Translations under genes and position numbers: made by a program
Origin: Candidatus Eiseniibacteriota bacterium
GTDB taxonomy: Bacteria > Eisenbacteria > RBG-16-71-46 > CAZEPH01
Length of the DNA: 12,940 nt
Assembly (NCBI GenBank): GCA_044229145.1
Contig: JBGATO010000098.1
Location: 1 to 12,940 of the forward strand
Reading direction: 5' to 3'
The notes under the pieces: generated by a model
Told to the model about the DNA's origin: nothing
Database searches by the model: none
Seen by the model: the letters and a program-made list of their open reading frames with translations, nothing else
Shown: positions 8,701-12,940 of the stretch, one piece after another
Layout: every line of letters begins with the position of its first letter
Numbering within the stretch: position 1 is the first letter of the stretch

Positions 8701-8899
8701 CTGTGGCCGGTGGAGGATGCGCGCACCCGCGCGTGGATGGCGGCGTTCTACGACGCGTGGCTGCACGGCGGCCTGCCGCCCGCCACCGCCGTGCAGGAGG
8801 CGATGCGCCGCGGCATCGGCGCCGCGCGCCGCGCCGGCCAGCTGCTGCATCCCTTCGGCTGGGGCGCGTTCGTCGCCGCGCGCGCGCCGGGGCGACTAG
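5721..8899 (+). CDS. TPR-repeat CHAT (caspase HetF associated with TPRs) protease with signal peptide; frameshifted near 8270-8330 and near 8880
   Basis: Starts at an ATGA overlap with the kinase stop. Signal peptide MMRRLMWCVVFACLACVPRADA is followed by kinesin-light-chain-like TPRs. CHAT motifs MWDPL, LHVVPDGALHAVNLLALP and FAPLPATRDEA are in the frame of ORF 4434..8435. IATH (His 8341-8343), DGILTTEEV, VVLSACETG (Cys 8602-8604), ASLWPVED and HPFGWGAFV are in the frame of ORF 7432..9147. The likely terminal GD* lies in the third frame (stop 8897-8899). Confidence 0.88.
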
Positions 8900-8959
8900 G
8901 CCTCGCCTGGAAGCCCCGCGCCGCCTGCGCCTGCTCGCCTCGACGAGGAAGAACTGCCC

Positions 8960-9557
8960 GTGTACCTGCCGCCGCTGTACTTCACCGAAGACCGCCCCGG
9001 CGTCACCCCGCCTTTCTGCGCGCATCCGCTCGGGCTGTTGATCTCGCACGGCGACGGCTGGCTCGTCCATGGCCCGTGCCCTGGCCTTCGACGCCGAGGC
9101 CGGCGTGCTGCGCGTATCGCCGCGCCAATCCGCAACTGGCCGAATAGACGGGCGAGTGCTGGTGGTGTTCAGGGCGATGACGCGTACGTGTCGCCGTCGT
9201 GGTACGGCGAGCAAGCGCGAGCACGGCCCGCGTGGTGCCGACGTGGAACTACGCCATGGTGCAAGCGCGCGGCGTGGCGCCGTGATCGAGGACGCGGCGT
9301 GGCTGCGCGCTGGTGGAGGCGCTCACCGACACGCACGAGAGCGGGCGCGCGGCGCCATGGCGCGTGGACGGCTGCCCGCCACACCGTACGTCGCCGCGCA
9401 ACTGCGCGGCATCGCCGGCATCGAGATCGCACTCACCGCGCTCGACGGCAAGTGGAAGGCGAGCCAGAACAAGGCGGCGGCGGACCGCGCCGGCGTGGCG
9501 GACGGGTTGGAGGCGGACGGCGCGACGGCGGCGGCGCGCTGGGTGCGGCGGGGTTAG
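8960..9557 (+). pseudogene. paiB: PaiB-family FMN-binding negative transcriptional regulator, multiply frameshifted (pseudogene or sequencing errors)
   Basis: Family motifs occur in order but scattered over all three frames: MYLP..FTED, HPLGLLIS, VLVVF, QGDDAYVSPSWY, VVPTWNYAMVQARG, LVEALTDTHESGRAAPW, YVAAQLRGIAGIEI and GKWKASQNK...DRAGV. The total span of about 600 nt fits a roughly 200-aa PaiB. Confidence 0.85.
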
Positions 9558-9805
9558 GCGGCGGCGGTGCCCTTCAGCGCGGCGTAGAGCGTCTCCGGGG
9601 CGATGTCGGCGCCGTTGGGCCAGCAGACGGTGGTGCCGTCGACCGTGAAGGCGGCGAAGTAGGCCTCGTCGTGCAGTGGCGCGAAGATCGGGCCTTCAAG
9701 CCACGCCGTGCAGTCCACGACGCCGGTGAGGCCGTCGTCGAACGTCAGGCGCAGGCGGTGGCCGCCGGCGTGGGCGGCGTGGGTGACGGCGGGAAGAACG
9801 GTCAT
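9554..9805 (-). CDS. DUF2442 domain protein, putative antitoxin (DhiA-like), 83 aa
   Basis: The pattern RLRLTFDDG..GVVD....L.GPIFAPLHDEAYF..F.VDGTTVCWPNGADIAPETLY is characteristic of DUF2442. SD AAGGAG overlaps the upstream stop. Confidence 0.9.
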   Translation of the reverse strand: MTVLPAVTHAAHAGGHRLRLTFDDGLTGVVDCTAWLEGPIFAPLHDEAYFAAFTVDGTTVCWPNGADIAPETLYAALKGTAAA

Positions 9806-9818
9806 CGTGTCGGGCTCC

Positions 9819-10079
9819 TTACGTCAGAGGGTCGATGCGGATGACGGTGCCGCCGCTGCGGAGGCGGTGCCAGGTCGCGTAAAGGTCGTCGCGGTGGGCC
9901 AGAGCCCATTCGGCGATCAGGCGACGCGCGGTGCGCGAGGGAATGTTACCAGCCAGTGGGGCGCCGTCCAAGGTGTATGTCGCCCGCGCGCCGTTGTGTT
10001 CGGCGTGGAAATGCGGGATGCCGTGTTCCTGATAGTACATGCGAATGACGATCCCGAAGAACTCCGCAACGATGGGCAC
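9819..10079 (-). CDS. DUF4160 domain protein, putative toxin (DhiT-like), 86 aa
   Basis: From GTG at 10079 it reads MPIVAEFFGIVIRMYYQEHGIPHFHAEH...AGNIPSRTARRLIAEWALAHRDDLYATW...IDPL, the DUF4160 pattern. A purine-rich SD (GGAGAGGGG) is upstream and it is paired with DUF2442 as usual. The ORF-track start at 10163 is probably too long. Confidence 0.9.
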   Translation of the reverse strand: MPIVAEFFGIVIRMYYQEHGIPHFHAEHNGARATYTLDGAPLAGNIPSRTARRLIAEWALAHRDDLYATWHRLRSGGTVIRIDPLT

Positions 10080-10126
10080 TGCGTTCCCCTCTCCACCCAC
10101 GACCACCCGTGATGGAGAGAGTGAAG

Positions 10127-10143
10127 CGCAATCGACATGCCCA
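10127..10143 (-). promoter_or_regulatory. Putative sigma54 (-24/-12) promoter upstream of the DUF4160/DUF2442 pair
   Basis: The minus strand reads TG-GGCATG-TCGA-TTGC-G against the consensus YTGGCACG-N4-TTGCW, with exact GG-N10-GC spacing. It is intergenic and correctly oriented, with a predicted start site near 10116. Confidence 0.5.
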
Positions 10144-10159
10144 TGATCGCCAACAACGG

Positions 10160-10190
10160 ACACGGCGCGGAGGATCGCTCCGCGCCGTGT
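10160..10190 (-). terminator. Putative intrinsic terminator of the sigma54 activator gene
   Basis: Perfect 13-bp inverted repeat ACACGGCGCGGAG-gatcg-CTCCGCGCCGTGT, 18 nt past the stop. It is followed on the minus strand by CCGTTGTT, a weak U-tract. Confidence 0.7.
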
Positions 10191-10208
10191 GGTGTGTGCC
10201 GAACTCGC

Positions 10209-12509
10209 CTAGAGCAGTTCGTCGTCTCCGCCGTCGGCGCTGAGATCGTCCTTCTCCCGCTCGAGCCCCAGACGCTTCATCAACTTCTGGAAGCCGCGGC
10301 GTGAGAAGCCAAGTGCTTCCGCGGCCTGCGACCGGCTACCGCCGTACTCGGTGAGCGCGCGCTGCGCTTCGGCGAAGAGCAGCGAGTCCATGCGGGCGCG
10401 GAACGTCGCCTTGGCGCGGCCGGGGCCGTGCTTGGCTTCGGTGACGATGTCGGCGCGGACGTAGCGGAGGTCGGCGATGGTCTCACCGGCCGGCAGCTGG
10501 GACACGAGATCCTCGATGGTGCGCGAAAGCTCGCGCACGTTGCCGGGCCACGAGTAGCGCTGGAAGACGTCGAGGACGCGGCCGTGCAGGCGCGCGCGGA
10601 CGTCGTATTGCTCGCAGTAGACCTGCATGTAGTGCTCGGCGAGCGGGATGATGTCGTCGGGGCGTTCGCGGAGCGGGGCGACGTGGATGACGGCACCTTG
10701 GAGGCGATCGTAGAGGTCGCGGCGGAAGGTGCCCGCCTCGACCATCGCGAGCAAGTCGCGATTGGTGGCGGAGATCACGCGCGTGTCGACGCTGCGCGCG
10801 CTGTGGCCTCCCACGGGACGGAATTCGCGTTCTTGCAGGAATCGCAACAACGCGCCCTGCAGTGACAGCGGCAGATCGCCGACTTCGTCGAGGAAGAGCG
10901 TTCCGCCGTCGGCGAACTCGACGAGACCCTTGCGATCGGTGAGCGCGCCCGTGAACGCGCCCTTCTGGTAGCCGAACAACTCCGACTGACCGAGAGTTTC
11001 GTGGAGCGACGTGCACTCAACGGCGAGGAACTTCGCCTTCGCGCGCGGACCGTTCTCATGCACGAGGCGTGCGAGCAACTCCTTTCCTGTTCCCGGTTCG
11101 CCGTGGATGAAGACGCGGCTACGATTCCGCGAGGCGCGATCGAGGTCGTGCAGCAAACGCGAGTCCGTCGTCATGAGGAGTCGGCCGTCTTGCGTGTAGC
11201 GCCGGTAAACTTGGCGTCCCTTGAGCAAGCCCGCCGGCTGTGCGCCCGAGGCGAACTGGCCGAGGCGGACATCGATGTCTTCGATCATCGACGGGATTTC
11301 AAGGATGGTCGCAAGCTCGCGGGCTTCGGCGAGAAGCTCCTTCGCATCGGGACGCCACTCCGCCGCGACGATCAAGAGTTGCGCCAACTCGTAACGTTCG
11401 TTGCGGGAACGCAGGAGTTGAATGCCTTCGTCCGCAGCCTGGCGCGCAGCGTCCATGTCATCGAGCGTCGCGTGCGCTTCGGCGAGAACGCGCAAGCTCG
11501 CGCCCATCTCGACGACCGTGCCGGCCTTGCGGGCGAGTGCCAGAGCGTTCTGCGCGAGTTCGCGCGCCTGCCGTGCGAGTCCACGTGCCAATGCGACCTG
11601 CGCGAGCTTCCGTCGGCCCTCATAGACAAGGTCGCCCTCCGGCGCCATCTTTAGGCCGGCCTTGATGATGTTCTCGAGGAGAGCGGTCGCCTCTTCGTAG
11701 TTGCCGTCGTCGTAGGCCAGGTCGGCGGCGAGTTCGTCGGCGAGGAGCGACTCGCGCTTCCATCCAATCGATTCGGCCGCCCCCTTCGCCGCGTCGAACG
11801 ATTGCCGCGCAAGCTCCCGCTGTCCCCGAATTCTCTGGATGTTGCCGCGGAGGATGTGGACCGAGGCGATCATCCCTAGCAGAGCCCGATCTCCGGCATC
11901 GGCGGCGCAGCTAATGACGGCTACACAGTCCTCTAGGCTTGAACTCCAGCTCCCTCCCCAGTACTGACTCACTGCATTGTTCACGAGTACTTGGCAGATA
12001 TCGATTGCTGAGCCAAGCCGCCTCGCAGCATCAAGAGCAGCAATTTGGTGTCTGCGTGCGGTAGTCCATTCGCCTCTATGCATCGCGATCAAACCGAGAT
12101 TTGATCTAGCTGCAAGGCGCAGGTCGTCGCTCTCGCCTAGCAAGTCGGCAGCAGCCAGGACCATATGGGCTCTGGCCTCCGCCGCATCACAATCGCCGCG
12201 TCGGTAGTGGGCCAAGCATGAGTTGAGATCCCAACGGGCTCTTAGTGCTAGATCACCACATGATGCAGCGAGGCCCTCATTCCTGGCTTGAACTTCATCA
12301 GCTTCTGCCACCCTACCGATGCGGCACAGTGCCTCGACGAGGGAGAGAAGGGCCGCCAGATGTACTGTGCGATCCTCGCACTCGGTGCTGAGTTTTGAGA
12401 TGATCTCTCCAAGAAGCGGTACAATCTCCTCCCATTTCTCTTCTCTCAGGAGAGATTCGAGTTGAGGGTAACGCTTGCCCAGCAGATCGGAGTGGGGGGA
12501 AGTGCGCAT
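10209..12509 (-). CDS. Sigma54-dependent enhancer-binding protein with N-terminal TPR-repeat sensor, AAA+ domain and Fis-type HTH (about 766 aa)
   Basis: Motifs are Walker A GEPGTGKE, SELFGYQKGAFTGA, Walker B LFLDEV, RVISATN, FRRDLYDRL, WPGNVREL and HTH SRSQAAEALGFSRRG. The roughly 420-aa helical N-terminus has TPR-like units (ARSNLGLIAMHRGEW, ILRGNIQRIRGQRELA) and no REC, GAF or PAS domain. The start ATG 12509 was chosen for its SD GGTGAGGT; the ORF track extends to 12557. Confidence 0.95.
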   Translation of the reverse strand: MRTSPHSDLLGKRYPQLESLLREEKWEEIVPLLGEIISKLSTECEDRTVHLAALLSLVEALCRIGRVAEADEVQARNEGLAASCGDLALRARWDLNSCLAHYRRGDCDAAEARAHMVLAAADLLGESDDLRLAARSNLGLIAMHRGEWTTARRHQIAALDAARRLGSAIDICQVLVNNAVSQYWGGSWSSSLEDCVAVISCAADAGDRALLGMIASVHILRGNIQRIRGQRELARQSFDAAKGAAESIGWKRESLLADELAADLAYDDGNYEEATALLENIIKAGLKMAPEGDLVYEGRRKLAQVALARGLARQARELAQNALALARKAGTVVEMGASLRVLAEAHATLDDMDAARQAADEGIQLLRSRNERYELAQLLIVAAEWRPDAKELLAEARELATILEIPSMIEDIDVRLGQFASGAQPAGLLKGRQVYRRYTQDGRLLMTTDSRLLHDLDRASRNRSRVFIHGEPGTGKELLARLVHENGPRAKAKFLAVECTSLHETLGQSELFGYQKGAFTGALTDRKGLVEFADGGTLFLDEVGDLPLSLQGALLRFLQEREFRPVGGHSARSVDTRVISATNRDLLAMVEAGTFRRDLYDRLQGAVIHVAPLRERPDDIIPLAEHYMQVYCEQYDVRARLHGRVLDVFQRYSWPGNVRELSRTIEDLVSQLPAGETIADLRYVRADIVTEAKHGPGRAKATFRARMDSLLFAEAQRALTEYGGSRSQAAEALGFSRRGFQKLMKRLGLEREKDDLSADGGDDELL

Positions 12510-12519
12510 GTCGAAAACC

Positions 12520-12834
12520 TCACCGAGCGAATAGCCAGATATTGACGCGAAGGGCAAGCGAAAGCTCTTCCCACTTTAGATTCTGCTTGTTCGCACTCCG
12601 GTGGATTCGCGGAGTGGTATTCCGGCTCACCTTCTTGGTCGGGGCCCCACCGCCAAATGGCTGATCCGGCACGCCGAATGATGGGTCTTCGATTCCCGGT
12701 CGCAGATCCGGACCCTGCTGAATGTTCTTCATTCCCCCTGCGATAGATTCTCCAGGGCGGCACGCGAGCAGAAGGAGTACTGCCAATAGCGCCACCCAGC
12801 GTGGGAGAGGGGTTCGAATTTGCTCTCGGTTCAT
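12520..12834 (-). CDS. Small exported hypothetical protein or putative signalling pro-peptide (104 aa)
   Basis: ATG at 12834 has SD GAGGAG. The basic n-region and h-region WVALLAVLLLLAC are followed by an SIA|GG cleavage-like site (LLAC could alternatively be a lipobox). Its TGA stop is embedded in the SD of the downstream activator. Confidence 0.7.
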   Translation of the reverse strand: MNREQIRTPLPRWVALLAVLLLLACRPGESIAGGMKNIQQGPDLRPGIEDPSFGVPDQPFGGGAPTKKVSRNTTPRIHRSANKQNLKWEELSLALRVNIWLFAR

Positions 12835-12900
12835 GACGCAAATCTCCTCGGGAAAATCAGCACTACAGCCCATCGATCGGCAGTTTCAGTCCGCCAACGA

Positions 12901-12930
12901 ATCCCGCGAAAATGCCCTCAAACGCGGGAT
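12901..12930. repeat. 8-bp inverted repeat upstream of the small exported protein gene
   Basis: ATCCCGCG-N14-CGCGGGAT. It could be an operator/UAS or an upstream terminator. Confidence 0.45.
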
Positions 12931-12940
12931 CGAGTGACAG

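Noticed and set aside
8900..9147. C-terminal extension of ORF 7432..9147 beyond HPFGWGAFV
   Set aside because: CHAT domains normally end a few residues after this motif. A GD* stop sits in another frame at 8899, and the extension would overlap paiB.
12446..12937. Alternative ORFs 12446..12841 (-) and 12722..12937 (+)
   Set aside because: They have no good SD or recognisable features, and they overlap the better-supported signal-peptide ORF 12520..12834.

Overview
High-GC bacterial window. The FlgD-Ig-tailed secreted protein and TPR-sigma54 architecture suggest an FCB-group lineage such as Ca. Eisenbacteria, but this is inference only. From left to right it contains: (i) the 5' end of tuf and a lone tRNA-Thr(GGT) under a clear sigma70 promoter (minus strand); (ii) a secreted gingipain-like C25 cysteine peptidase (minus); (iii) divergent from it, a translationally coupled operon of an ECF sigma factor, a membrane Ser/Thr kinase with an external DUF4384-like domain, and a signal-peptide-bearing TPR-CHAT (caspase-like) protease, followed by a paiB-family gene. 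The CHAT 3' part and paiB are broken by a cluster of frameshifts that look like sequencing errors. Then come (iv) a DUF4160/DUF2442 toxin-antitoxin pair with a good sigma54 -24/-12 match upstream, and (v) a TPR-AAA+-Fis sigma54 activator coupled to a small upstream exported protein, with the small gene and the N-terminal TPR half sharing a distinctly lower GC. The two most interesting candidates are the exported-peptide/TPR-sigma54 pair, a possible RRNPP-like peptide signalling system with sigma54 output, and the ECF-kinase-exported CHAT relay facing a second clan CD protease.
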